Positions 50,001 to 61,835 of a stretch of 64,000 nucleotides of DNA are shown in pieces. Each line of letters starts with the position of its first letter. Position 1 is the stretch's first letter. The stretch is from Squalus acanthias. Its lineage: Eukaryota. The notes under the pieces were generated by a model. That model worked only from the letters and a program-made list of their open reading frames with translations, did no database searches and was not told the origin of the DNA. The DNA is taken from positions 132,186,001 through 132,250,000 of the forward strand of contig CM059431.1 in the NCBI GenBank assembly GCA_030390025.1. Direction: 5' to 3'. Position numbers and translations under genes: made by a program.

Positions 50001-50865
50001 CACCACGCGCTGGCCCGAGGCAATTCCACTGACCTCTACCACCACCGCCGACATCGCCAGAGCCTTCGTCAGCACCTGGGTCACACGGTTCGGTGTCCCC
50101 TCCGACATGACGTCGGACAGAGGTCCGCAATTTACCTCTGAACTCTGGACCGCCGTCACACGCAATCTCGGGGTGACCATTCACCGTACCACAGCGTACC
50201 ACCCCCAAGCCAACGGACTGTGTGAGCGGTCCCACAGATCCTTGAAGGCATCTCTTCGAGCCAGCCTCCAGGACGGCGCCTGGACCGACCGACTCCCGTG
50301 GGTCCTCCTCCGCCTGCGCACCGCGGTTAAAGAAGACCTCCACACATCGGCAGCAGAGCTCGTGTACGGTCAGCTGCTGCGCGTACCCGGCGAGTTCCTG
50401 CCCACCGCCACGACACCCTGGTCAGCCGACCAGCAACGCCACGACTTCGCCTCACCGGCGCTACAGTTCGCTCCGGTGCCCATTGCCTGACACGGCGAAT
50501 CCACCTCACACGTCCCACTAAGCCTGCACCAGGCACGGTTCGTTTTCGTCCGGCACGACGCCCACCGCGGACCCCTTCAACCCCCGTATGACGGGCCCTA
50601 CAAGGTGCTACAGGCTGGGGACAAATTTTTCACCCTGCAAGTGGGCGACAGGACCGAAAAAGTGTCGGTTGACCGACTCAAGCCAGCACACTCGGAGCCC
50701 GGTGAGCAGGTCCCTGTAGCTCGTCCACCTCCACGCGGCCGACCTGCCCTCAAGCCAGTTCACCCGGCTGCTCCACGCCCGGCCGTTCCACGTCCACCGG
50801 CGTCCTACAAGAGCCGCTCCGGCCGGCCCATCAGACCGCCGCACCGACTCGTCCACACCTCCTAA
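47054..50865 (+). pseudogene. gag-pol polyprotein with two nonsense codons and one frameshift
   Basis: Gag VKLPEFW...AWFLQAE, TAG at 47441, CHCC knuckle CYYHARFGTRAQRCTPPC, protease FLCDTGA, frameshift near 47915, RT YLDD, RNase H TDAS, integrase H-H-C-C and SDRGPQF, TGA at 50488, C-terminal PY.GPY and VSVDRLKP. Confidence 0.93.
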
Positions 50866-50885
50866 GTGGATTCTAGGGGGAGCTG

Positions 50886-51120
50886 TGTGGCGGATCGCCA
50901 CCTAAACGGGCGCAATCCACTTTTCCGTCCGTGGACAATAAATCGGGCACCTTGCCTTTAAGGCGCATGCTGCCTTTAAGGCATGAAAAAATGAGTGGGC
51001 GTGGCCTCAGGGTTTTGCAGAGAAATGTTAGCAGCCATTTTACCAGAGGAGATGTAATAAAAAGCCATGTGTTCCACATATTGACTCGGCCTCAATTCGT
51101 GCTTCGCGGCAGCCACAACA
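50886..51120 (+). repeat. 3' LTR
   Basis: Direct repeat of 46779-47013, followed by the GTTG TSD. Confidence 0.95.
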
Positions 51121-51635
51121 GTTGGATATTTTAAAAATGTAAAATTTAATTTTTTTTTTAACTTTTCCTTTCTGTCTTTTTTTCTCTTTTTCTTAATCCA
51201 ATCTTTCTTACCCTCTCGTTATTTCTCTTTCTGTACCTGATTTGACATTGAATTCACCCACTCTAATCTACACTTCCTTCTCAGTCCTTGAGCTGTTAAT
51301 TTCACAGTCCGTCAATCTGATTGGTTAAGGAGATACACAGTTACTTGTCCTGTTCACTCAGGTCCCAGATGTGCGGTTTCTCTCACTGTGACGTTATCAA
51401 CTTGTATTTTCAGCAACTTGCAGTGCAAAATATCATCATGATTAAACGAGGCAAGAGCAAATGTAACTAACTGCGAGTGCCATTCGTTGCCCTGCTACAG
51501 CAAATTATGGGCCATTTTGTCTATCGGGAGTTTCCACCAATCTAATGCCAAAGTAATCACGGCCGATCAAGTGGGTATGTTTAGTGAGGCAGTGCGCCAG
51601 TGGCAGCCAGTAGCAGAGAGCTTCAAAAAACTTAA

Positions 51636-52962
51636 CAGAGAGAGTAATGAGAGATATACAAACCTTACCTGAGAGAGTTACAAGTGATATACACACCTTA
51701 CCCAAGAGAGACATGAGTGATAGGCACACCTTACCCGAGAGAGACATGAGTAATATACACACCTTACCCAAGAGAGACATGAGTGATATACACACCTTAC
51801 CCGAGAGAGACATGAGTGATATACACACCTTACCCGAGAGAGTCATGAGTGATATACACACCTTACCCGAGAGAGACATGAGTGATATACACACCTTACC
51901 CGAGAGAGACATGAGTGATATACACACCTTACCCGAGAGAGTCATGAGTGATATACACACCTTACCCGAGAGAGACATGAGTGATATACACACCTTACCC
52001 GAGAGAGACATGAGTGATATACACACCTTACCCGAGAGAGACATGAGTGATATACACACCTTACCCGAGAGAGTCATGAGTGATATACACACCTTACCCG
52101 AGAGAGACATGAGTGATATACACACCTTACCCGAGAGAGACATGAGTGATATACACACCTTACCCGAGAGAGACATGAGTGATATACACACCTTACCCGA
52201 GAGAGACATGAGTGATATACACACCTTACCCGAGAGAGTCATGAGTAATATACAAAGTTTACCTGAGAGAGACATGAGTGATATACAAGGTTTACCCGAG
52301 AGAGTCATGAGTAATATACAAAGTTTACCTGAGAGAGACATGAGTGATATACAAAGTTTACCCGAGAGAGTCATGAGTAATATACAAAGTTTACCTGAGA
52401 GAGACATGAGTGATATACAAAGTTTACCCGAGAGAGTCATGAGTATATACAAAGTTTACCTGAGAGAGACATGAGTGATATACAAAGTTTACCCGAGAGA
52501 GTCATGAGTAATATACAAAGTTTACCTGAGAGAGACATGAGTGATATACAAAGTTTACCCGACAGAGTCATGAGTGATATACAAAGTTTACCTGAGAGAG
52601 ACATGAGTGATATACAAAGTTTACCTGAGAGAGACATGAGTGATATACAAAGTTTACCCGAGAGAGTCATGAGTGATATACAAAGTTTACCTGAGAGAGA
52701 TATGAGTGATATACACACCTTACCCGAGAGAGACATGAGTGATATACAAAGTTTACCTGAGAGAGATATGAGTGATATACACACCTTACCCGAGAGAGAC
52801 ATGAGTGATATACAAAGTTTACCTGAGAGAGATATGAGTGATATACACACCTTACCCGAGAGAGACATGTGTGATATACAAAGTTTACCTGAGAGAGATA
52901 TGAGTGATATACACACCTTACCCGAGAGAGACATGTGTGATATACAAAGTTTACCTGAGAGA
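51636..52962. repeat. 33-bp minisatellite, about 40 copies
   Basis: Unit GAGAGAG(A/T)CATGAGT(G/A)ATATACA(CACC/AAGT)TTACC(C/T) in uninterrupted tandem copies. Confidence 0.97.
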
Positions 52963-52969
52963 ATTACAA

Positions 52970-53222
52970 TAGGACCACAGCACGTGAGTACAAAAGTCAA
53001 GGCTAAAGCGTTCGCAACCATCTTCAGCCAGAAGTGCCAAATGGATGATCTATCTCGGTCTCCTCCTGATGTCCCCACTGGCACAGATGCCAGTCTTCAG
53101 CCAATTCGATTCACTCCATGTGATATCAAGAAATGGCTGAGTGCACTGGATACAGCAAAGGCTATGGGCCCCGACAACATCCCGATTGTAGTGCTGAAGA
53201 CTTGTGCTCTAGAATTAGCTGC
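52970..53222 (+). mobile_element. LINE family B internal fragment
   Basis: QHVSTKVKAKAFATIFSQKC...AKAMGPDNIP...LKTCALELA matches ORF 38494-39597. Confidence 0.8.
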
Positions 53223-54200
53223 GCATTGGAGGACCGAGAGCTAATATATGTCAATGAGGACAGGGATGATGGATGAGTGGGACTTGGTGCGGGATGGGAT
53301 ATGGGCAGCAGAGATTTGGACGAGCTGAAATTTATAAAACGTGGAAGATTAGAGGCTGGCCAGGAGAGCATTGGAATATTCGAGACTGAAGGCGACAAAG
53401 GCATAGATGAGGGTTTCAACAGCAGATGGGTGAGGTAGGGGCGGAGGTGGAAGTATACCATCTTTTTGATGGAGAGCATATGGCATAGGAAGCACAGCTT
53501 GAGGTCAAATAGGATGTCAAGGTTGTGAACAATTTGTTTCAGCCTGAGGCAGTGGCTGGGGAGGGAGGTAGAATCAGTGACAAGGGTACAGAGATTGTGG
53601 TGGGGCTGAAGACACTGGCTTTGGTCTCCCTAATGTTTGACTGGAGGAAATTGCAGCTCATGCAAGACTAAATGTCGGTCAAGCAACCAGACAACACAGA
53701 GGCAATGGATGGGTCAAGAGAGGTGATAGAGATGTAGAGCTGGGTGAGATCAGAATCCATGGAGAAGCTGACCCCACACCTGTGGATGATGTTGCCAATG
53801 GGCAGCATATGTATCAGGAAGAGGAGGGGGTTAAGTTTTGATCCTTGGGAGGACTCCGGAGGTAATGGTGTGCGGTTGGGAGGACAAGCCATTGCTGATG
53901 ATACTCTGGCTACAGTTGGATAGATAAGAATGGAATCAAGTGAGGGCAGCCCCACTGAGCTGGACAACAGAGGAGAGACACTGCAGGAGGATCATGCGGT
54001 TGAATGCTACAGAGAGGTAGAGGAGGGATAATGCACCATGGTCACAGTCACAGACTTTGATTAGGGCCATTTCAGTGTTGTGGCAGGAGTGGAAACCTAT
54101 TTTTGAGAGATTCAACCACAGAATTACAGGAAAGATGGGCATGGTGAGGTCGCTGAAAGAATGGTCTCAACCTTAATGACAAGGAGTCAATGAGCTCCTC
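53223..54200 (-). mobile_element. Degenerate L2 LINE RT/3' fragment
   Basis: Minus-strand remnants resembling GF...H.TE.AL.KV, QGS.L.PLLFLI.M.P.G.II and SRL.YSNALLA, typical of L2 ORF2. Confidence 0.7.
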
Positions 54201-54207
54201 GCACTTA

Positions 54208-54540
54208 AGAACATAAGAACATAAGAAATAGGAGCAGGAGTAGGCCATTCGGCCCCTCGAGCCTGCTCTGCCATTCAATGAGATCATGGCTGATCTTCTG
54301 TCTCAATTCCATTCACCGGCCCTTACTAGTCAGAAATCTATCGACTTCTGTTTTGAATATACCCAATGACTGAGCCTCCACAGCCCTCTGGGGTAGAGAA
54401 TTCCCAAGATTCACCACCCTCTGTGTGAAGAAATTTCTTCTCATCTCAGTCCTGAATGGCCTACCCTTTATCCTGAGGCTGTGGCCCCTGGTTCGAGACT
54501 CCCCAGCCAAGGGAAACATTCTCCCAGCATCCACTTGTTC
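54208..54540 (-). mobile_element. CR1 3' end fragment
   Basis: VDAGRMFPLAGESRTRGHSLRIKGRPFRTEMRRNFFTQRVV. Tail (AAGAACAT)n. Confidence 0.88.
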
Positions 54541-55365
54541 TACACTAAATATTTTCTCAGGTTCAGCATCACTGGTCTCTCCTGTAAGCAAGCCCTGCAT
54601 CTCTTACGATAAGGATCTGATATATACGATCAGATATCTAGTCATACAATAGTGTGATCTGGGGCTAGTAACAAGGAAAGTCCCTTGTTATGTGATATTC
54701 CCAGCTGCATTTCTACTATCTTTCAAAAGGTGGAATGATTAACACTCTAGTGAGATGAGGCCAGCTATAAATCAATAAACGGATTTATTTTTCATATAAT
54801 CTGCGAATGAATGAAGGAATGTTTACAGTGAATCTCAGCTTATTTCGTATTACTGCTGTTAACGAGCTAAATACAACTTTTCTGACGAGTTATTTCTCTG
54901 AAACTGATCGGTAATCCCTCTGTCTGGCTTCCTTACCACAACTCGCAGATTGTGTTGTGTGTTGCTTTCTTAGCTGGACAGGAAGGCAAAGGCTTGACCT
55001 CTGACCCTCTCCATGCTCTCAATTAAGCTGCCTATCAAACTGGCTACTGCCCTTCTAGGTGTGAGCTTATCTGCCAGCATTCCTTGCTGGGCTCATATGA
55101 ATGAAGCCATTCCAACTCATCACCCGATGTCGCCATGAGGTGTGTAAACAACTCTCATTGGCCTAAGCTGCTCTGTTAGATGAGAAAGACCATCTTGGAT
55201 CGAGGTTTTGGCTTGGTCTAATTCCTTTTAGGTTGAACCCTAATTCATATCCCCAGTTGCTATATGTTATGGATTTGAGCTTTGTTGAGCTGAATTTAAC
55301 TTAACTTACCTTAATATAACTTCCCGAAGCTACTCCTTGGTTCGTCACAAAGTACCAAAATGTGA

Positions 55366-57938
55366 CATAGAAACATAGAAAATAGGTACAGGAGTAGACC
55401 ATTCGGTCCTTCGAGCCTGCACCGCCATTCAATGCGTTCATGGCTGAACATGCTACCTCAGTACCCCATTCCTGCTTTCTCGCCATACCCCTTGATCCCC
55501 TTAGTTGTGAGTGTTATATCTAACTCCCTTTTGAATATATTTAGCGAACTGGCCTCAACAACCTTCTGTGGAAGAGAATTCCATAGATTCACCACTCTCT
55601 GGGTGAAGAAGTTCCTCCTCAGCTCAGTCCTAAATGGCTTCCCCTTAATCCTTAGACTGTGACCCCTGGTTCTAGTTTTCCCTACCATTGGGAACATTCT
55701 GCCCGCATCTAATTTGTCTAAACCAGTCAGGATTTTAAATGTCTCTATAAGATCCCCCCTCATTCTTCTGAACTCCAGAGGATACAAGTTCAGTTGACCC
55801 AATCTTTCTTGATATGTCAGTCCGGCCATCCCAGGAATCAATCTAGTGAACCTTCGCTGCACTCCCTCAATAGCAAGAATGTCCTTCCTTAAGTTAGGAG
55901 ACCAAAACTGCGCACAATACTCCAGGTGTGGCCTCACCAAGGCCCTGTACAACTGTAGCATCACCTCCCTACTCCTGTACTCAAATCCCCTTGCTATGAA
56001 GGCCATCATTCCGTTTGCTTTCTTGACTGCCTGCTGCACTTGCATTCCCACCTTCAGTGACTGATGTACCATGACGCCCAGGTCTCGTTGCACGTCCCCT
56101 TTCCCTAATCTGCCACCATTCAGGTAATAGTCCGCCTCTCTATTTTTACCACCAAAGTGGATAACCTCACATTTATCCACATTGTACTTCATCTGCCATA
56201 CATTTGCCCATTCACCCAACCTGTCCAAGTCACTCTGTAGCCTCCTAGCATCCTCCTCATTGTTCACACTGCCTCCCAATTTAGTGTCATCCGCAAATTT
56301 GGAGATATTACATTTAATCCCTTCGTCCAAATCATTAATATATAATGTAAACAGCTGGGGTCCCAGCACCGAACCCTGCGGTACCCCGCTGGTCACTGCC
56401 TGCCATTCTGAAAAGTACCCATTTACTCCTACTCTTTGTTTCCTGTGTGCCAACCAGTTCTCAATCCACGTCAACACATTACCCCCAATCCCATGTGCTT
56501 TAACTTTGCTCACCAATCTCTTGTGTGGGACCTTGTCGAAGGCCTTCTGAAAGTCCAAATACACCACATCTACTGGTTCCCCCCTGTCCACCCTATTGGA
56601 AACATCCTCAAAAAATTCCAGAAGATTTGTCAAGCATGATTTCCCTTTCACAAATCCATGCTGACTTGGACCTATCATGTCGCCACTTCCCAAATGGTCT
56701 GTTATGACATCTTTAATAATTGCTTCCATCATTTTACCCACGACCGATGTCAGGCTGACCGGTCTATAATTCCCTGCTTTCTCCCTCCCTCCTTTTTTAA
56801 AAAGAGGGGTTACATTGGCCACCCTCCACTCCATCGGAACTGATCCAGAGTCTAAGGAATGTTGGAAAATGATCGTCAATGCATCCACTATTTCCAAGGC
56901 CACCTCCTTAAGTACTCTGGGATGCAGACCATCAGGCCCCGGGGATTTTTCAGCCTTCAGTCCCATCAATTTCCCCAATACCCTTTCCCGACTAATAAGG
57001 ATTTCCCTCAGCTCCTCCCTCTTACCAGATCCTCTGACCCCTTTTATTTCCGGCAGGTTGTGTGTGTCCTCCACAGTAAACACCGAACCAAAGTACTTGT
57101 TCAATTGATCGGCCATTTCCTTGTTCCCCATTACGACTTCCCCTGTTTCCGACTGCAGGTGACCTACGTTTGTTTTTACTAACCTCTTTCTTTTTACATA
57201 TTTATAGAAGCTTTTGCAGTCCATTTTAATGTTCTCTGCAAGCTTCCTTTCATATTTTATTTTCCCTGCCCTAATCAAACCCTTCGTCCTCCTCTGCTGA
57301 GTTTTGAAGTTCTCCCAGTCCCCGGGTTTGCTGCTACTTCTGGCCAATTTGTATGCAACTTCCTTGGTTTTAATACTATCCCTGATTTCCCTTGTTAGCC
57401 ATGGTTGAGCCACCTTCCCTTTTTTATTTTTACGCCAGACCGGGATGTACAATTGTTGTAGTTCATCCATGCGATCTCTAAATGTCTGCCATTGCCCTTC
57501 CACTGATAACCCCTTAAATATCGCTTTCCAATTTAACCTCGCCAATTCACGCCTCATACCCTCAAAGTTGCCCTTATTTAAGTTCTGGACCATGGTCTCT
57601 GACTTAACTGTTTCCTTCTCCATCCTAATGTAGAACTCCACCATACTATGGTCACTCTTCCCCAGGGGGCCTCGTACCACAAGATTGCTGATTAGTCCCT
57701 CCTCATTACACAACACCCAGTCCAGGATGGCCTCCCCTCGAGTTGGTTCCTCAACATATTGGTTTAGGAAACCATCCCTTAAACACTCCAGGAAATCCTC
57801 CTCCACCGTATTGCTTCCAGTTTGAGTAGCCCAATCTATATGCATATTAAAGTCACCCATGATAACTGCCGTGCCTTTTTTGCACGCACCTCTGATTTCC
57901 TGTTTCATACCCTCCCCCACCTCACTACTGCTGTTTGG
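55366..57938 (-). mobile_element. CR1 LINE, 5'-truncated, young
   Basis: Tail CATAGAAACATAGAAA at 55366 and an uninterrupted ORF2 segment. Confidence 0.95.
55458..57920 (-). CDS. CR1 ORF2 (C-terminal part of AP endonuclease + reverse transcriptase), 820 aa open, lacking the native N-terminus
   Basis: [50 protein letters not shown], with no stops. Confidence 0.85.
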   Translation of the reverse strand: MGEGMKQEIRGACKKGTAVIMGDFNMHIDWATQTGSNTVEEDFLECLRDGFLNQYVEEPTRGEAILDWVLCNEEGLISNLVVRGPLGKSDHSMVEFYIRMEKETVKSETMVQNLNKGNFEGMRRELARLNWKAIFKGLSVEGQWQTFRDRMDELQQLYIPVWRKNKKGKVAQPWLTREIRDSIKTKEVAYKLARSSSKPGDWENFKTQQRRTKGLIRAGKIKYERKLAENIKMDCKSFYKYVKRKRLVKTNVGHLQSETGEVVMGNKEMADQLNKYFGSVFTVEDTHNLPEIKGVRGSGKREELREILISRERVLGKLMGLKAEKSPGPDGLHPRVLKEVALEIVDALTIIFQHSLDSGSVPMEWRVANVTPLFKKGGREKAGNYRPVSLTSVVGKMMEAIIKDVITDHLGSGDMIGPSQHGFVKGKSCLTNLLEFFEDVSNRVDRGEPVDVVYLDFQKAFDKVPHKRLVSKVKAHGIGGNVLTWIENWLAHRKQRVGVNGYFSEWQAVTSGVPQGSVLGPQLFTLYINDLDEGIKCNISKFADDTKLGGSVNNEEDARRLQSDLDRLGEWANVWQMKYNVDKCEVIHFGGKNREADYYLNGGRLGKGDVQRDLGVMVHQSLKVGMQVQQAVKKANGMMAFIARGFEYRSREVMLQLYRALVRPHLEYCAQFWSPNLRKDILAIEGVQRRFTRLIPGMAGLTYQERLGQLNLYPLEFRRMRGDLIETFKILTGLDKLDAGRMFPMVGKTRTRGHSLRIKGKPFRTELRRNFFTQRVVNLWNSLPQKVVEASSLNIFKRELDITLTTKGIKGYGEKAGMGY

Positions 57939-57944
57939 AGGTGG

Positions 57945-58060
57945 GGGAGGGTATGAAACAATTAAAAAGGAAATTAGGAAAGCAAAGAGAAGGCATGAAA
58001 AATATTGGCAAGTAAAATCAAGGAAAACCCAAAGATGTTTTATAAATACATAAAGAGCAA
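57945..58060 (+). mobile_element. CR1 ORF2 fragment (left part of the element resuming at 62598)
   Basis: IKKEIRKAKRRHEK...IKENPKMFYKYIKSK tether-region DNA. Confidence 0.7.
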
Positions 58061-58541
58061 GGGGGAAAAATTCAGTTGATTGGCGCTTCCCGTTTACGCC
58101 CTAAGAGGGCGCTAACGGGGCGCAAAGCAACTAGCGCCCGGGAGCGGCGATGTTTGCACCACTCGCGAAATTGACCAGAGTTTTTGCGGTGGTGCTAAAC
58201 TCTACCGCCACGATCTCCTGCGCCCGCAGATCGTGACGTCAGTCGAGCGTGTGGCGCCCCGGACCGGATATTGAGTGGTGCCCCCTTCTTTTCCGCCTGC
58301 CGCAAGCAACGACAGGGAGAGTGGAACGTTTTGCAGGCGGGAAGGGACTGGGGGAGCGCTATTTAAAGACGCCCTCTTCCTGCCTTTTTTTGTGGGAGAC
58401 ATTTTTGCACCACTCATTCTGGAAGAGAGAGAGAAAGACTTCTGGAGAGATTCAATGCTGTGTGAAGTAGTTTTGGCTACTGAGCAGCACTTTGCAGGTT
58501 CTTTTGGATTTGACCTTCATTGCTTCGATTGTCAAGAGACT

Positions 58542-60986
58542 ATGGGGGCTGCACTAATTCGGGGCATTGTCCTGCGCCTGCAGAATCAGAGGCATCAGAG
58601 ACGCAGAGAGAGAGTGGCAATCATGGCCAGAGGGAGGAAGGCCAACAGGCCTCTGCACAGGAGACCTTACCCTCCCAGGGTATTCCGGGAACAATTCTCC
58701 TACATTCATTTGTCTGAGGAGCAGTGTTTGTGCAGGCTGCGCTTCAGCAAGGAGGTGGTCACTGAGCTCTGCCACCTGCTGCAGCCAGATCTGCAGCCTC
58801 AATTGAGGACCAGGACGTCTCTGTCGGTGGCAGTGAAGGTGACAGTGGCTCTGAATTTTTATGCCACCGGCTCCTTTCAAACAGCTACTGGGGACATCGC
58901 CAATATCTCCCAGTTCGCAGTCCATTGCTGTATCCGGGAGGTGACAAAGGCCCTCTATAAAAGGAGATGCCAGTACATCTCTTTCCCGATGACCTGGGCC
59001 AAACAGCGTGAACGCGCATTTGGCTTTGCGAGGATAGCGGGCTTCCCCATGGTGCAGGGCGCCATTGACTGCACGCATGTGGCATTGCGGGCACCACATG
59101 AGAATGCAGAGGTTTTCTGAAACTGCAAGGGGTTCCACTCCTTAAATGTCCAGTTGGACTGTGACCACAGATAGCTGATACTCGCCGTCAATGCCCGCTA
59201 TCCTGGCAGCAGCAACGATGCTTTCATCCTGCGCCAGACTGGTGTGCCAGACCTTTTCCAGGCACTGCATGCCCCAAGTGGTTGGCTCCTCGGGGACAAG
59301 GGTTATCTACTCTGCACCTGGCTGATGACATCGCTCCGTACCCCCAACACCCCTGCCGAGCTGCGGTACAATGAGAGCCATATTGCCACCAGGAACATAA
59401 TTGAGCAGACGATCGGCATGCTCAAGCAGCGGTTCTGCTGTCTGGACCACTCAGGAGGAGCCCTGCAGTACTCTCCTGAGTGAGTCTCCCTCTTCATAGT
59501 TGTGTGCTGCATTCTTCATAACCTTGCAATCCTCAGGACCCAGCCAATGCACCAGGCATTGGTGCACCACCGGAGGAGTTGGAGGAGGAAGAGGAGGAGG
59601 AGGATGAGGAGGATGATCATAGAAACATAGAAGATAGGAGCAGGAGTAGGCCATTCGGCCCCTCGAGCCTGCTCCGCCATTCGATGAGATCATGGCTGAT
59701 CATCCAAACTCAGTACCCTGTACCTGCCTTCTCCCCATATCCCTTGATACCTTTAGCTTTAAGAAATATATCTAACTCATTCTTGAATATATTTAATGAC
59801 TTGGCCTCAACTACCTTCTGCGGTAGAGAATTCCACAGGTTCACCACTCTCTGGGTGAAGAAATTCTTCCTCATTTCTGTCCTAAATGGCTTACCCGTTA
59901 TCCTTAGATTATGACCCCTGGTTCTGGACTCTCCGACTATCGTGAACATTCTTCCTGCATCTAGTTTGTCCAGACCTGTCAGAATTTTATATGTTTCGAT
60001 GAGATCCCCTCTCATTCTTCTATACTCCAGCTAGTATAAGCCCAATCGACCCAATCTCTCCTCATATGTCATTCCTGCCATCCCAGGTATCAGCCTTGTG
60101 AATCTTCGCTGAACTCCTTCCATGGCAAGAACATCCTTCCTCAGATAAGGCGACCAAAACTGCACACAGTACTCAAGGTGTGGTCTCACCAAGGCCCTGT
60201 ACAACTGCAGCAGGACATCCCTGTTCCTATACTCAAACCCTTTCGCTATGAAGGCCAACATACCATTTGCCTTCTTCACTGCCTGCTGCACCTGCATGCT
60301 TACTTTCAGCGACTGGTGCACAAGGACACCCAGGTCTCGTTGCACTTCCCCTTCTCCCAATCTATTGCCATTCAGATAATAGTCTGCCTTTCTGTTTTTG
60401 ACACCAAAGTGGATAACCTCGCACTTATCCACGTTATATTGCATCTGCCACGCTTCTGCCCACTCACCCAACCTGTCCAAATCATTCTGGAGTTTCTCGG
60501 TATCCTCCTCGCAGCACACACTCCCACCCAGCTTTGTGTCATCTCCAAACTTGGAGATATTACATTTAGTTCCCTTATCTAGATCATTAATGTATATTGT
60601 GAATAGCTGGGGTCCAAGGACCGATCCCTGCGGTACCCTACTAGTCACTGCTTGCCACTCGGACAAAGACCCATTAATTCCTACTCTCTGCTTTCTGTCC
60701 GCCAACCAGTTCTCTATCCAAGTCAATACCTTGCCCCCAATCCCATGTGCCTTAACTTTACACGCTAATCTCTTATGCGGGACCTTATCGAAAGCCTTTT
60801 GAAAGTCCAAATACACCACATCTACTGGTTCTCCCTTATCTATTTTCCCAGTTACATCCTCAAAAAATTCCAGTAGATTAGTCAAGCACGATTTACCTTC
60901 AGCAGCAGCACCAAGGCGGGAGGGAGGCCCACAATGTTGAAACTGCAAGGACCGTCCGTCAACGGCTGATAACAAGCCACTTCTAG
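58542..60986 (+). pseudogene. Harbinger (HARBI1-like) DDE transposase, three in-frame stops, split by CR1
   Basis: One frame runs from ATG 58542 through TGA 59118, TAG 59172 and TGA 59481: LNFYATGSFQ, GFPMVQGAIDCTH, GFHSLNVQL, YPGSSND, LLGDKGY, IIEQTIGMLKQRF, CCILHN, then a poly-Glu tract. Resumes at about 60900 with ARTVRQRLITSHF*. Confidence 0.9.
59618..60899 (-). mobile_element. CR1 LINE, 5'-truncated RT/3' end
   Basis: ORFs 60031-60899 ([12 protein letters not shown]...) and 59710-60015. Tail CATAGAAACATAGAA at 59618. Confidence 0.93.
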
Positions 60987-61129
60987 GCCCCTACTCAGAA
61001 GATGGCTTCTGGCATGGAGAACAACATGATGGAAAGCAACCTGCAACCCCTATAGCCGGCCAAGGCAGCAATGATTCCAAAGGCCAAACATGTACATTTT
61101 GAATAACTTTTTTATTTTACAAACTCTGT

Positions 61130-61835
61130 GGGCTGGATTTTGATACTGGGGCGGGCTGGGGTCGTGTTATCCACTTTTCGTGTTATCCACCTGACTGCAA
61201 TTGGATGTGGGAGATTGATGCGATTTTCACCTAATTGGGCAATTGAGTTCCAGCATGTGGGAACCCATGACCCAATTAATGTTTTCTAAAAGTCGCCTCT
61301 GATGATGTCATCATTGCTGCTACATTGAAGGTCTGCAAAGACTGCCTGGCCTTCGCTGTGAGAGGACCTGAAGGCAAAATGAGCAGCAGCAGCCCTAAGT
61401 CTGCTCCCAGATATTTTTGTACCACCACCACCACTACTCCCACATATTATTATTATTCTTCCTCCTCCTCCTCCGCCTCCGCCTCCTCATTCTCCTCCTC
61501 CTCCTCCTCATCATCATCAGCATCATCATCCTCGTTGTAATAGTCAGCTATCGAAATGTGCTACCGCCAGGTTTGACATTCGTGGTTCAGAACAGGCGTG
61601 TTTCACGTAGCAAAAGGGTTAAAATCACAAAGGCCTTTCAAAATGGCATTATAGAGGCAATTTAGTGCTTGTTAAGGGCCTTAACAGCCTATCCCGCCTC
61701 TTAGAGTCGGGACCAGCAGACACGATTTCATGAAAATTGCGTGGAGGCGGGCTTGCGCCCGCCCGCCAGTTTTCGCAATTTTAACCCCCCACACGCCTCC
61801 AAACCCACCTCCATGGGTCAATGAAAATTCTGCCC
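61130..61835 (+). mobile_element. Harbinger-type MITE (family M1), copy 2
   Basis: TIRs GGGCTGGATTTT and AAAATTCTGCCC with TGT TSD. Homologous to 35397-36066. Confidence 0.9.

Larger units (their letters stand above)
46779..51120 (+). mobile_element. Full-length Ty3/Gypsy LTR retrotransposon, CsRn1-like
   Basis: 235-bp LTRs (46779-47013 and 50886-51120, TG...CA, 2 differences by eye), GTTG TSD, PBS, PPT AGGGGGAG near 50875-50882, gag-pro-RT-RH-IN order. Inserted in a MITE-like element whose right end CAAATTATGGGCC is at about 51512. Confidence 0.96.

Noticed and set aside
46779..51120. Bacterial contamination suggested by high GC
   Set aside because: LTRs, PBS, TSD and Gypsy domains show an integrated retrotransposon.
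51636..52962. CRISPR array
   Set aside because: The 33-bp units are head-to-tail with no unique spacers, there are no cas genes, and the context is eukaryotic.
51505..53244. Repeat-protein genes (ORFs of 215-315 aa on both strands)
   Set aside because: Open frames follow automatically from a stop-free unit whose length is divisible by three. One 32-bp unit breaks the frame, and there is no gene context.
58275..59483. Host HARBI1 gene
   Set aside because: It has three stops, a CR1 insertion and a transposon terminus upstream, and several paralogous relics occur in the same window.
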